64,000 bases of DNA from contig NC_091290.1 in assembly GCF_032444005.1 (NCBI RefSeq), positions 39,866,001 to 39,930,000 on the forward strand, written 5' to 3'. The DNA is from Ranitomeya imitator (lineage: Eukaryota). Shown piece after piece: positions 24,565-37,900 of this stretch. The notes beneath the pieces were generated by a model. The model saw only the letters and a program-made list of their open reading frames with translations, ran no database searches and was not told where the DNA came from. Both the position numbers and the translations under genes were made by a program. Within the stretch, counting starts at the first letter, position 1, and each line of letters begins with the position of its first letter.

Positions 24565-24750
24565 CAGTGTTCCCCAACTCCAGTCCTCAAGAGCCACCAA
24601 CAGGTCATGTTTTCAGGATTTCCTTAGTATTGCACAGGTGATGGAATTATTGCCTGTGCAGATGATGCAATTATCACCTGTGCAATACTAAGGAAATCCT
24701 GAAAACATGACCTGTTGGTGGCTCTTGAGGACCGGAGTTGGGGAACACTG
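24565..24750. mobile_element. hAT-like palindromic MITE
   Basis: 78-bp inverted arms with one mismatch (CAGTGTTCCCCAACTCC...) around a 30-nt spacer; 8-bp TSD not intact. Confidence 0.8.
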
Positions 24751-24980
24751 ACTTACGACAACACAGGGTGAGGGTAAAATAGTGTGGCAATACTTTATTG
24801 AACCAAAAACCAGGCAAATAACACATAGAACAGCCACAGCAAAGTACCCAAAATGGTGCAAAATTAGTCTCACCCTTCTGCTGACTCGCCGAGATTAAAA
24901 CAGCTGTGACTTCCAGGGCCGACTTACCACCACCTGTGGAACGCAAAGAGAGGAGGTAACAACAAGCTTAGGAAGCTTGA

Positions 24981-25296
24981 GGCTATCTGTACACGTTGCG
25001 GATTTTGCTACGGATCCGCAGCAGCCTTCCGTGCGTTTACAGTACAATGTAAACCTATGGAAACCGCAATCCGCAGTGCCCATGATGCGGAAAAAAACGC
25101 ACAGAAACGCAGCGGGTTACATTCCGCAGCATGTCAATCGTTTGTGCGGATTCCGCTGCGGTTTACACGTGCTCCACAATAGGAATCCGCAGGTGGAATC
25201 CGCACAAAATCCGCATAAAAAACGCAGTATATCCACAGGTAAAACGCACTGCAGATTTCTAAAATCCGCTGCGGAAAAATACGTGTGCACGTAGCC
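24981..25296. mobile_element. Harbinger-like MITE
   Basis: GGCTA...TAGCC ends, 3-bp TGA duplication, internal GCGGATT/AATCCGC motifs. Confidence 0.7.
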
Positions 25297-26135
25297 TGAC
25301 AGTCCATTGAGGTACGAGGCCAGGTGACCAGAGGGTCACAACCTAGCTTCTCCAAACATCTCCATGGAGCCAGGTGACCTGTGGGTCCCAATCCTGACTT
25401 TCCTAAATGTGTCCATGGGGCACAGGAGGGTCCAAATGCTGGTTTCCTCAAATGTATTCATGAGTTCAGTGATGGTCAATGAAGCAGATATGTTTCAGCC
25501 GGGGCCGTGGTCCCCTAAGCTGGCATCCTGTAGAATTTCACATTGATGTTCTCGCTGCTGTCTTAGTGTTCTCAGCTGTGTTTTTGTAAAGAGTCTCTGG
25601 TTGTGTTGATCTTATTACAGAGGCATATCCCTTTTTATATAGTTCACAACTGTTGTCCTTCAAGCCATCATCCAGAGGTCAGGAGGAAGGTGTGATGAGA
25701 TTAAATCACATTGTTTCAGTATTTAATCAATCTGTTTAGTTTTTCTTCCACGGTTTTGCAAGTCAACAAGCCACAGGGTCCCACAATATTGTCAATCAAC
25801 AGATTATCAAACCTCCATTGTTCAATACCCTGCATCACTGGTTTGCAAAGATAGCAGACTATAAATTATAACAAACGTCAATGTTAAAGGTTCATACAAA
25901 CAATAATCTGTGTTTCTTGACCAACCAAAGAACAAACGCCTACATTCAAAAGTCAACATAAAGATAAGTCTATGCCTCCAGGCTTTAACTTTACAGTTGA
26001 GATGTTGTCTCAAAACAATGAACTTGTGTGTTTTATCTCAGAACTGCATGTTATTTAGCTATGAAGTCATACAAGATTTTTTTTATATATCTGTTGAAAT
26101 TTCTACAGCTAGTTTTCCATTTTTTTTTTCTCTAG

Positions 26136-26178
26136 GGAGTCACACTTCCATACTACCAACCAAATATTGATTCTGAAG
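26136..26178 (+). CDS. POLA2: POLA2 coding exon 10
   Basis: GVTLPYYQPNIDSE; polypyrimidine-TAG acceptor, GTAAGT donor, phase 1 matching exon 11. Confidence 0.88.
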
Positions 26179-26327
26179 GTAAGTCCTAAGAATTGCTCTG
26201 TATACAGTGGTTTTAATAATTGAAAACCTTATCCAAAAAGGACTTTAAGTTTACATAGGTTGGACTATAGGTTAAGATTGTACCATCTTCCTGACCCCAC
26301 TCAACAGCTGGATGGATTGAAGTATAA

Positions 26328-26757
26328 GGGTAAGTTCACACAGGGCGTTTTTGCTGCTTTTTTATGCTAATTTTCAGCTGCTTTTTACAGTACCAGCAAA
26401 GCTATGAGATTTCAGAAATCTCATGCACACACCATGGTTTTTTGTGTCTTCAGGATTTTGTGCTTTGCTGCGTTTTTTAGACATGGAGCATGTCCCTTCT
26501 TTCAGCGTTTTTGCTGCGTTTTTTTTTTCTGCGTTTTTCACCCATTGACTTGAATGGGTGTTGAAAAAATGCTGCAAATATATAGGTATCATAATATGCT
26601 GCGTTTATGCTGCTGAAAATTCAAGGACATTAGCATGGACAAAAAAAAAAGAAAACCCACCTACATCTGCATTTTTGACGCAGCTTCTTTCCTGCCAAGA
26701 AGATCGGGTTTTGCTGCAGAAAAAAAAGCAGCAATGACGCCCTGTGTGAACTTACCC
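26328..26757. mobile_element. Harbinger-like MITE
   Basis: TIR GGGTAAGTTCACACAGGGCGT / ACGCCCTGTGTGAACTTACCC, TAA on both sides. Confidence 0.8.
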
Positions 26758-26760
26758 TAA

Positions 26761-27180
26761 AGGTACCTTCATGCTGAACAATTTAACAACGATATCGCTA
26801 GCGATCCGTGACGTTGCAGCGTCCTGGATAGCGATATCGTTGTGTTTGACACGCAGCAGCGATCAGGCCCCTGCTGTGACATCGTTGGTCGGAGCAGAAA
26901 GGCCAGAACTTTATTTCGTCGCTGGATCACCCGCAGACATCGCTGAATTGGCGTGTGTGACGCCGATTCAGCGATGTCTTCACTGGTAATCAGGGTAAAC
27001 ATCGGGTTACTAAGCGCAGGGCCGCGCTTAGTAACCCGATGTTTACCGTGGTTACTAGTGTAAATGTAAAAAAAAACAAACACTACATACTTACATTCTG
27101 GTGTCTGTCCCCTGGCGCTCTGCTTCCTGCACTGACTGTGAGCGCCGGCCGTCCGTAAAGCAGAGCGGTGACGTCATGTT
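26761..27180. mobile_element. Truncated copy of the AGG-terminus hairpin MITE family
   Basis: Starts AGGTACCTTCA directly at the TAA flank of the previous MITE; one hairpin at 26985-27056. Confidence 0.8.
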
Positions 27181-29877
27181 TACACTGCTGGGTTATCTGG
27201 TAACGAGTGCTTTAATCGTGGATTATAAATTCACTTTAAGGGTTCGACAACTTTTACGGTGACCATACATGGAAAGGTTCGGCTGGGATATGACAAGGTT
27301 TTGTGTTGTGTTTTTTTTTTTTTTGTGTTTTTTTTTGTGCAAAGTGATTTTTATAATTTGGCCAAATGCAGTTTACAGTGTGAATTTGAATGCATTTATA
27401 AACTATTTACTTTTTGCATTTATAACATTATTTTCTTCCTCCGTGCATATCGATGGTAATCGCTCACGTCTGGACCGGCCCAGTGTGGGACTTGCAGTGC
27501 GATTTCACTAATTTTGGACACTTACAGGGGTGTTTCATAGGATGCCAATTACTTTGCGGACGGTCACTGTTGGGAAAAGTGATTATGAATAAACTGTGGA
27601 CATAGGCTGCTAAATCTGATAACTGCGCCCAGTCATAGCGCAGGGGTGCTGCAGTCGACGCCGCACTTTATGATCAATGCTGCTAATATGTGACACTTTC
27701 CGTAGCTGTCACTAGAGAAGAAAGCGGCCACTGCCCCCTCCATTCCCATTACTGCCTGCTCTGAGCAATTTCGTGCCGGTGAGGATAATGTAGCATTGTC
27801 CTGTGATTCAATTGTATCAATGGCCGGACGTTAAGAGACCTTGGTTCCCATAAAGTCCTACATTTACCATCTTTCCCATGAGCATCTTATGTTTATGGGG
27901 ATCTAGGAGACCAGCAAACCCTGTCTGACCCAAAGATTGGCTACAGGGTTCATTCAGAGGTCTTATTTCTGCGTACGAGCGCTTTCAGTGTTTTTCGAGG
28001 ATGGCACCCCTACCTATAATGGTGAATGGGTCTGTACACATGTCCGGGATCTTTTGTAGAATTAAAAAAATCGCGCAGACCTGTCCAATTGTGATCTGGG
28101 TGTCAGATCAAAGTTTTCAATGTTGGTCTATGCGTCTGTGAAAAAAAAAAAAAAAAAAAAGCGGACAGAAACTGGATGACATTCAAGTGTGGTCCGATTA
28201 ATTTTTATTATTTTTTAAGGATTGTTTGCCCCTTTTTTTTTTTTCACATATAAGAAAAACTGACTATCCTTTGGTCCATTTTTCCTTTACGTAAAAAAAA
28301 AAGAAACCCAAACTGGTGTGAATGAGGCCTTAGGCTGAGTTACCTTTTTAAGTGTTCTGTTTCCTTCAATGTGTGGATTTTGTGTTTTTTATTAAAACTT
28401 CAATCAAAAGTTCTAGGTCACCGCCTCGCCTCCAGTGTTCATTACGAGGGGTGCGAGACTTTATACAGGAGGCCATTAAGATCAAGTCAGGTGAAACATC
28501 CTTGGGCAAAAGCACCAAAGAAATGACGGCAGGAGTAAGAGGAGCTGACAATGGGGGGCCAAACCTGATCAAAGCTCCGTAGGCGAGAGGCAGGAAATGG
28601 AGAGGAAGCGGCGCTGATCTCCCAAGGAAAGTGGCCCGTTGTCAGGGGGTCTGGGTGGGACAGGAGCTAAACCAGTTCTATCAGGAGGTGTAACTGGAAA
28701 AGTTCGGGGAAAGACATTAATTTGCACCCAAGGATCCAGACTGGTTTATCCACATGTCTGAGGTTACAAATACAGTTTATATGTAAACGACAGGGAAGCC
28801 ATTACATAAGCTGTGCATTACCATATAAAAGCAGCGATGAAGACCACCTTCACACCTGACATTGGACATTTGACTCTGTTCCTTTGCTTTTCTAAAAAAA
28901 AAAAAAGTCTGAAATGCATCTGTTGCATAATGGAAGCAGGGGGGCCGTATTGACTATTATGGGGTCTGCCTGAGTTTCTTAAGGAAGGAGTTTTTTAGAA
29001 CAGCAAAAAAGTTTTGGCATCATGAGCCTTTTTTTTTCCCCTTGGTTTTTAAAAACTGACACATAAGGTAAAGTCCACATGATGAGTTTTTGATGCTGCA
29101 AATTTTCACTCTGTATTATCCGCGACCGTCTCCGCTGGACCAGTAGTGATGACGTCCCGTCACCGGAGCCTGTGCACAACCTGTATCTGCAGTAATCGGG
29201 GATTGGCACGTCAATGCTTCCGACCCGGCTGATGACAGTGCTGTGCACAAAGTGGCCGACCAGGTGAGTTCTTGCAGATCCTTAGTACCGAGCCAAAGCT
29301 AAGCATATGGGTTTGATTGGAGAGACGCAACAGGACTCATTTTAGCCAATATTCCTCCCCCATTGATGGTCTGCATGTAAACAATTGCAGTATACACTAT
29401 TCTGGTCGGGTGCAATGCAAAGGCACCTCCGGCCCGTATCTGCAGTCTGGACAGGCACATAGTCTGCAATTTGCAGATACGACCGTCCCATTTTTCAATA
29501 TGGTTGTCTGAACCCGGCCTACAAGCGTATCACCGGGGTATTACATTGCCAGAAGCAATTGTAGGGGAGAATCCACAGCGCTTTTTTTTTTTTTTTTCTC
29601 CAATACACAATAAGAAAAAAAAAAACAAATAAAAAAAAACCAAGAAGCACAAGGCTGGGGCCACACTCCTACTTTGGCCACAAACCGGTCGTGTTGCCAA
29701 ATTGTAGCACAATTTGGCCAATAGGATCGCATTAGATACTGCAACTTGCCAAAAATCTGGTGTGGCTGGACTTGCTTGTCGTAGTTGAGGCTGCCATATG
29801 ACTCCATCGGCTTCTATTGCGCTATGATGTAGCCGAGATCTTTGGCCGAGTGACTTATTTGTTGGCAAATCTATCTA

Positions 29878-31449
29878 CTGTATATACTCGAGTATAAGCC
29901 GACCTAAGTATAAGCCGACCCCCCCCCCCCTAATTTTGCCACAAAAAAACTGGGAAAACTTAATGACTCGAGTATAAGCCTAGGGTGGGAAATGCAGCAG
30001 CTACCGGTAAATGTCAAAAGTAAAAATAGATACCAATAAAAGTAAAATAAATTGAGACATCAGTAGGTTAAGTGTTTTTGAATATCCATATTGAATCAGG
30101 AGCCCCATATAATGCTCCATAAAGTTCATGATGGCCCCATAAGATGCTCCATATTAAAATATGCCCCTTATTAGCCTGCATAAAGGTTAATAATGGCCCC
30201 ATAAGATGCTCCATAGACATATTTGCAGAATATAATGCTGCGCAAATGCTGATTATGGCCCCATAAGATGCTCCATAAAGATATTTGCTCCATATAGTGC
30301 TGCACAAACACTGATTATGGCCCCATACAGACACTTGGCCCTTAAGGTACCGTCACACTCAGCGACGCTGCAGTGATATAGACAACGAGCCGATCGCTGG
30401 AGCTTCGCTGTTTAGGTCGCTGTAGAGGCGTCACACAGCAACTCCAGAACGATGCAGGAGCGATCCAGTGACGTAACGGCGACTCACTTATCGTTCTCGC
30501 TGGTTGTTCGCTCCATGTAAAACGTTGCTGGCGTCGTTGCTTTTGATGTCAAACATGACGATACACGCCGACCTGACGACGAAATAAAGTTCTGGACTTC
30601 TAGCTCCGACCAGCGATGTCACAGCAGGATCCAGATCGCTGCTGCGTGTCAAACACAACGAGATCGCTATCCAGGACGCTGCAACGTCACGGATCGTTGT
30701 CGTTCTCATTGTAAAGTTGCTGAGTGTGACTGTACCTTTATAGTGCTGCACAAACGTTATGGCCCCATAGATGCTCCATACAGACACTTGCCCCATTTGC
30801 TGTGATAAAAAAAAAAATGACATACTCCCATCTCCGTCGCTCAGGCTCCCGGCGCTTTCAATATTCACGTGCTGATCGTTCCGGCACCGCTCCATCTTCA
30901 GCACTGACGTTCAGGCTGAGGGCGCGCACAAACTACGTCACCGCGCCCTCTGACCTGAGCGTCACTGCTGAAGATGGAGCGGTGCCGGAACGAGGAGCAG
31001 GTGACTATCGCGCAGCGCTCCCCCTCCCCGTTATACTCAGCTGCTCCTGGCGCTGTGCAGTCCCTGCTTTCCCGGCGCTGCAGCTTCTTTCTGTAGTGAG
31101 CGGTCTGTAGTGACCACTCGGTACAGGAAGATGCTGCCGGCGCCGGGGAAGCCAGGGACCTGCAGGTACCGCGCCAGGAGTAGGTGAGTATAATTAGACA
31201 GCCCCTGCTCCCCTCACCTGCCGACCCCCGGGTATGACTCAAGTATAAGCCGAGGGGGGGACATTCAGCCCAAAAAAGTAAGCTGAAAATCTCGGCTTAT
31301 ACTCGAGTATATGTAGAGGAGCTGCGGAAACACCATCACGTGTTCTGGATCACTGCATTGAGAAACACGTGATGGTGTCTCCGTGGTGTGGATGTTTTGG
31401 TCTCCACGAGGTCAATCATTAGTGCCTTTGTATACTCGAGTATATACGG
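29878..31449. mobile_element. Tc2/pogo-like non-autonomous transposon with two internal insertions
   Basis: Ends CYGTATATACTCGAGTATAAGCCGA / ...TATACTCGAGTATATACGG, TA on both sides, internal GGCCCCATA subrepeats. Confidence 0.75.
30345..30737. mobile_element. Short (393-bp) hairpin-less member of the AGG-terminus MITE family, nested in the Tc2-like element
   Basis: AGGTACCGTCACAC...GTGTGACTGTACCT with an exact TTA duplication. Confidence 0.85.
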
Positions 31450-31855
31450 TAATTGGTTGGCCACACGTAGGAAGTTTTGCTGTTTTTTTTTTTTTTTCTT
31501 CTTCACCCCTTGGTGACAGTCCATTTTGTACTTAATTACCGGGCCAATTTTTACAGTTCTGACCACTGTCACTTTATGAGGTTATAGCTCTGGAACGCTT
31601 CAACGGATCCAACTGATTCTAGGATAGTTTTTTTTTCGTGACATATTGTACTTCATGTTAGTGGTAAAATTCTTCAATATAACTTGTGTTTATTTATGAA
31701 AAAAAAACCAGAAATTTGGCAAAATTTTCAAAATTTTGCAATTTTCAAACTTTTAGTTTTTGTGCCCTTAAATCAGAGAGAGATGTCATACAAAATACTT
31801 AATAAATAACATTTCCGACATGTCTACTTTACATCAGCACAATTTTGGAAACATA

Positions 31856-32892
31856 GGGTATATACTCTAGTATAAGCCGAGAATTTCAGCCCATTTTTTA
31901 GGCTGAACTTGCCCCTCTCGGCTTATACTCGAGTCATACCCAGGGGTTGGCAGGGGAGGTGAAGCAGCAGCTGTGTAATCATACTCACCTGCTCCTGGCG
32001 CAGTCCCTGGTTCCCTGGCGCCGGCAGCTTGTGCCTGTAGTGAGCGGTCACATGGTACCGCTCATTACTGTACCCCACTCCACTCCCATAGGGGTGGAGC
32101 CGCATATTCATTACTGTAATGAGTGGTACCATGTGACCGCTCAGTACAGGAAGAAGCTGCCGGAGAACCAGGGACCGTGCCAGGAGCAGGTGAGTATAAC
32201 GTAGTGCGCGATATTCACCTGCTCCCCTTTCCATCGCCTGCGTCTTCACCGTCCTCTGCAGTGATGCTCAGGTCAGAGGGCGCGATGACGCGATTAGTGA
32301 GCGCGCCGCCCTCTGCCTGAACAGTCAATGCAGAGGACGGGGAAGACGCAGCGGCGGTGGAACGGGGAGCAGGTGAATATAGCAAGTTCCGGGGGCCTGA
32401 GCGACGAGAGGAGAGTATGTGATATTTTTTTTTTTTTTTATCGCAGCAACAGCATATGGGGCAAACGTCTACATGGAGCATCTTATGGGTCATGATCAAT
32501 GTTTCTGCAGCTTTAGATGTGGCAAATATCATTATGGAGCATGTTATGGGGCATAATCAGCATTTGTGGAGCATTATATGGGGCATATTTTAATATGGAG
32601 CATCTTATGGGGCCATCATGAACTGTATGGAGCATTATATGGGGCGTATTTTGTATGGAGCATTATATGGGGCTCCTGATTCAATATGGATATTCAAAAA
32701 CATTTAACCTACTCATGTCTCAATTTGACTTTTATTGGTATCTATTTGTATCTTTGACATTCACCAGTAGCTGCTGCATTTTCCACCCTGGGCTTATACT
32801 CTACTCGAGTCATTAAGATTTCCCAGTTTTTTTGTGGCAAAATTCGAGGTCTCGGCTTATACTTGGGTCGGCTTATACTCGAGTACATACTG
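31856..32892. mobile_element. Second Tc2/pogo-like copy, in opposite orientation to the 29878 copy
   Basis: Same TATACTCGAGTATAAGCCGA-type ends, TA flanks; internal blocks are reverse complements of those in the 29878 copy. Confidence 0.75.
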
Positions 32893-34369
32893 TAATTTTA
32901 TTATTTTTTTTAGAATATTACAAGGTTTTAAAGTTGATCAGCGATTTCTCATTTTTCCAACAAAATTTATAAACCCCTTAATCCCATATGACGTACTATC
33001 CCATCCAGGTGACCTGGGACTTAATTCCCAGTGACGGGATAGTACGTCATATGCGATCGCGGCCGGGTGTCAGCTGCCTATCGCAGCTGACATCCGGCAC
33101 TATGTGCCAGGAGCGGTCACGGACCGCTCCCGGCACATTAACCCCCGGCACACCGCGATCAAAGATGATCGCGGTGTGCCGGCGGTGCAGGGAAGCATCG
33201 CGCAGGGAGGGGGCTCCCTGCGGGCTTCCCTGAGACTATCGGTACACGGTGATGTACTCACCGTGTACTGAGCGTCTTCTCCCTGCAGTCCCCGGATCCA
33301 AAATGGCCGCCGGGCTGCTTCCGGGTCCTGCAGGGAACACTTCCGGGTCAGGATCAGGCTGCAGCTGCAGCTCTAATCCTGCCCGGCTGTATGTCAGATC
33401 ACCGATCTGATAGAGTGCTGTGCACACTGTCAGATCGGTGATCTGTGATGTCCCCCCCTGGGACAAAGTGAAAAAGTAAAAAAAAAAAATATCCACACGT
33501 GTAAAAAAAAAAAAAAAAAAAATTCCTAAATAAAGCAGAAAAAAAAAAAATATTCCCATAAATACATTTCTTTATCTAAAAAAAACAAAAAAAAAAAACA
33601 ATAAAAGTACACATATTTAGTATCGCCGCGTCCGTAACGACCCAACCTATAAAACTGGCCCACTAGTTAACCCCTTCAGTGAACACCGTAAGAAAAAAAA
33701 AAAAAAAAAACGAGCCAAAAAACAACGCTTTATTATCATAACGCTGAACAAAAAGTGGAATAACACGCGATCAAAAAGACGGATATAAATAACCATGGTA
33801 CCTCTGAAAACGTCATCTTGTCCCGCAAAAAACGAGCCGCCATATAGCATCATAACCAAAAAAATAAAAAAGTTATAGTCCTCAGAATAAAGCGATGCCA
33901 AAATAATTATTTTTTCTATAAAATAACTTATCGTATAAAAGCGCCAAAACATAAAAAAAAGATATAAATGAGGTGTCGCTGTAATCGTACTGACCCGAAG
34001 AATAAAACTGCTTCATCAATTTTACCAAAAGCGGAACGGTATAAACGCCTCCCCCAAAAGAAATTCATGAATAGCTGGTTTTTGGTCATTCTGCCTCACA
34101 AAAAATCGGAATAAAAAGCGATCAAAAACTGTCACGTGTCCGAAAATGTAACCGATAAAAACGTCAACTCGTCCCGCAAAAAACAAGACCTCACATGACT
34201 CTGTGGACCAAAATATGGAAAAATTATAGGTCTCAAAATGTGGAGACGCAAAAACTTTTTTGCTATAAAAAGCGTCTTTTAGTGTGTGACGGCTGCCAAT
34301 CATAAAAATCCGATATAAAAAACGCTATAAAAGTAAATCAAACCCCCCCCTTTATCACCCCCTTAGTTA

Positions 34370-34725
34370 GGCTAGGTTCACATTGCGTTAATGGGTTAAC
34401 GCTAACAGACAGCGTTGCACGGCGAAAATGTCACAATTAACGCCGTGCAACGGGTCCGTTAGCACAACCATTGACAGCAATGTGATTTTCGGGTGTAGCG
34501 CATCGCTAGAGCGTGCCATTTTCGGCTCGCGCTAGCAAGGTGCCGTTCTTTTGTGGCGCGCCTCAGACGCTGCTTGCAGCGTCCGCGGCGCGCCCGAGGT
34601 CCGATCCCCGATCTTCCAGAGCGGGGACGTTAACGCGACCACTAAACACGACACCTAAAAAGACATTGCGTTAGCGCAATCCGCTAGCGCTAAACGGATT
34701 TCCCTAACGCAATGTGAACCTAGCC
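34370..34725. mobile_element. Harbinger-like MITE nested in the inner piggyBac-like element
   Basis: TIR GGCTAGGTTCACATTGCGTTA / TAACGCAATGTGAACCTAGCC, exact TTA duplication. Confidence 0.85.
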
Positions 34726-34777
34726 TTAGGGAAAAATAATAAAATTAAAAAAAAATGTATTTATTTCCATTTTCCCG

Positions 34778-34925
34778 TTAGGGTTAGGGCTAGGGCTAGG
34801 GTTAGGGTTTGGATTACATTTGCGGTTGGGAATAGGGTTGGGATTAGGGTTAGGGGTGTGTCTGGGTTAGGTGTGTGGTTAGGGTTACCGTTGGGATTAG
34901 GGTTAGGGGTGTGTTTGGATTAGGG
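34778..34925 (+). repeat. Degenerate TTAGGG-like repeats inside the transposon
   Basis: GTTAGGGTTAGGGCTAGGGCTAGGGTTAGGGTTT...ATTAGGGTTAGGGG. Confidence 0.8.
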
Positions 34926-37900
34926 TTTCCGTTATAATTGGGGGGTTTCCACTGTTTAGGCACATCAGGGGCTCTCCAAACGCGACATGGCGTCCGATCT
35001 CAATTCCAGCCAATTCTGCATTGAAAAAGTAAAACAGTGCTCCTTCACTTCCGAGCTCTCCCGTGCGCCCAAACAGGGGTTTACCCCAACATATGGGGTA
35101 TCATCGTACTCGAGACAAATTGGACAACAACTTTTTGGGTCCAAGTTCTCTTGTTATCCTTGGGAAAATAAAAATTTGGGGGGCTAAAAATCATTTTTGT
35201 GGGGAAAAAAAAGAATTTTTATTTTCACGGCTCTGCGTTATAAACTGTAGTGAAACACTTAGGGGTTCAAAGTTCTCACAACACATCTAGATAAGTTCCT
35301 TGGGAGGGCTAGTTTCTAATATGGGGTCACTTGTGGGGGGTTTCTACTGTTTGGGTACATCAGGGGCTCTGCAAATGCAACGTGACTCCTGCAGACCAAT
35401 CCATCTAAGTCTGCATTCCAAATGGCGCTCCTTCCCTTCCGAGCTCTGCCATGCGCCCAAACAGTGGTTCCCCCCCACATATTGGGTATCAGCGTACTCA
35501 GGACAAATTGGACAAAACTTTTGGGGTCCAATTTATTCTGTTACCCTTGTGAAAATACAAAACTGGGGGCTAAAAAATAATTTTTGCGAAAAAAAAAAAA
35601 AAAATTATTTTAACGGCTCTGCGTTATAAACTGTAGTGAAACACTTGGGGGTTCAAAGCTCTCAAAACACATCTAGATAAGTTCCTTAGGGGTCTAGTTT
35701 CCAAAATGGTGTCACTTGTGGGGGGTTTTAATGTTTAGGCACATCAGGGGCTCTCCAAACCAACATGGCGTCCCATCTTAATTCCAGTCAATTTTGCATT
35801 GAAAAGTCAAATGGCGCTCCTTCCCTTCCGAGCTCTGCCATGCGCCCAAACAGTGGTTTACCCCCACATATGGGGTATCGTCGCACTCAGGACAAATTGC
35901 ACAACAACTTTTGTGGTCTAATTTCTTCTCTTACCCTTGGGAAAATAAAAAATTGGTGGCGAAAAGATCATTTTTGTGAAAAAATATGATTTTTTATTTT
36001 TACGGCTCTGCATTATAAACTTCTGTGAAGCACTTGTTGGGTCAAAGTGCTCACCACACCTCTAGATAAGTTCCTTAGGGTGTCTACTTTCCAAAATGGT
36101 GTCACTTGTGGGGGGTTTCAATGTTTAGGCACATGAGGGGCTCTCCAAACGCAACATGGCGTCCCATCTCAATTCCTGTCAATTTTGCATTGAAAAGTCA
36201 AATGGCACTCCTTCCCTTCCGAGCTCTGCCATGCGCCCAAACAGTGGTTTACCCCCACATATGGGGTATCAGCATACTCAGTACAGATTGTACAACAATG
36301 TTTGGCATCCATTTTATCCTGTTACCCTTGGTAAAATAAAACAAATTGGAGCTGAAATAAATTTTGTGTGAAAAAGTTAAATATTCATTTTTATTTAAAC
36401 ATTCCAAAAATTCCTGTGACACCCCTGAAGGGTTAATAAACTTCTTGAATGTGGTTTTGAGCACCTTGAGGGGTGCAGTTTTTGGAATGGTGTCACACTT
36501 GGGTATTTTCTATCATATAGACCCCTCAAAATGACATCAAATGAGATGTGGTCCCTAAAAAAAAATGGTGTTGTAAAAATGAGAAATTGCTGGTCAACTT
36601 TTAACCCTTATAACTCCCTAACAAAAAAAAATTTTGGTTCCAAAATTGTGCTGATGTAAAGTAGACATGTGGGAAATGTTACTTATTAAGTATTTTGCGT
36701 GACATATCTCTGTGATTTAAGGGCATAAAAATTTAAAGTTGGAAAATTGCGAAATTTTCTAAATTTTCGCCAAATTTCCGTTTTTTTCACAAATAAACGC
36801 AAGTTATATCGAATAAATGTTACCACTAAAATGAAGTACAATATGTCACGAGAAAACATTGTCAGAATCGCCAAGATCCGTTGAAGCGTTCCAGAGTTAT
36901 AACCTCATAAAGGGACAGTGGTCAGAATTGTAAAAATTGGCCCGGTCATTAACGTGCAAACCACCCTCGGGGCTTAAGGGGTTAAAAAAAAATATTTTAA
37001 TTATTTTTTTTTTGGGACCATCTCACATTTGAAGTGAGTTTGAGGGATGAATATAACAGAAAATACCCAAAAGTGACACCATTCTAAAAACTGCACCCCT
37101 CAAGGTGCACAAAACCACATTCAAGAAGTTTGAATTTTATTAACCCTTCAGATGCTTCACGAGAACTAAAGCAATGTGGAAGGAAGAAATTAACATTTTC
37201 CCTTTTTTTTTCACACAAAATTTACTTTGGAACCTAATTTTTTTTATTTTCACAATGGTATGAGGAGAAATTGCATAACAAATTTTGTGGTCCATTTTCT
37301 CCTGAGTACAACTATACCCTGTATGTGGGGGTAAACCACTGTTTGGGCGCATGGCAGGGCTCAGAAGGAAGGGAGCACCGTTTGACTTTTTGAATGCAAA
37401 ATTGGCTGGAATCAATGGTGGCGCCATGTCTCGTTTGGAGACCCCCTGATGTACCTAAACAGTGGAAAAACCTCAATTCTGACTCAATTCTAACACCATT
37501 CAAATGTAACCCCAACCCCCAAAATTAACCCTAATGGAAATAAAATAAAATGTACTGTATTTTTGCGTAGATAAAGGGGGGGGTTTGGTTTACTTTTTTT
37601 TTTTTTTTATTATTATCATCACTGTGATAGGGACTATCACAGTAATCAAAATGAATCAATAGGAGAAATCTCCTGGTGCTGTCCGGCAGATCTTCGCCAT
37701 TTTCTTCCCGGAAGAGGACTCTGAGGGCTTGGGGGGATGCAGGAGGTACCGGGGAGGCTTGTGGGACCCCATTTCTCTCTCCTCTAATGTGCTGGATCAT
37801 ATCAGAGGAGAGAGAAATAAATAGAAAACTTGACTTTTTTTTTTTTTTTCGTTGACCCAAATTATGTTCTCTGGGGTCTCGGCTACCCCAGGTAGTTGAG

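Larger units (their letters stand above)
32974..36981. mobile_element. piggyBac-like non-autonomous element (inner, about 4 kb), related to and inverted against the outer element
   Basis: CCCCTTAA...TTAAGGGG termini, subterminal hairpin ATATGACGTACTATCCC / GGGATAGTACGTCATAT, about four ~380-bp internal tandem units; no transposase ORF. Confidence 0.7.

Noticed and set aside
28366-28760. Possible coding or retroelement fragment in intron 10
   Set aside because: No motif could be matched with confidence; left unannotated.
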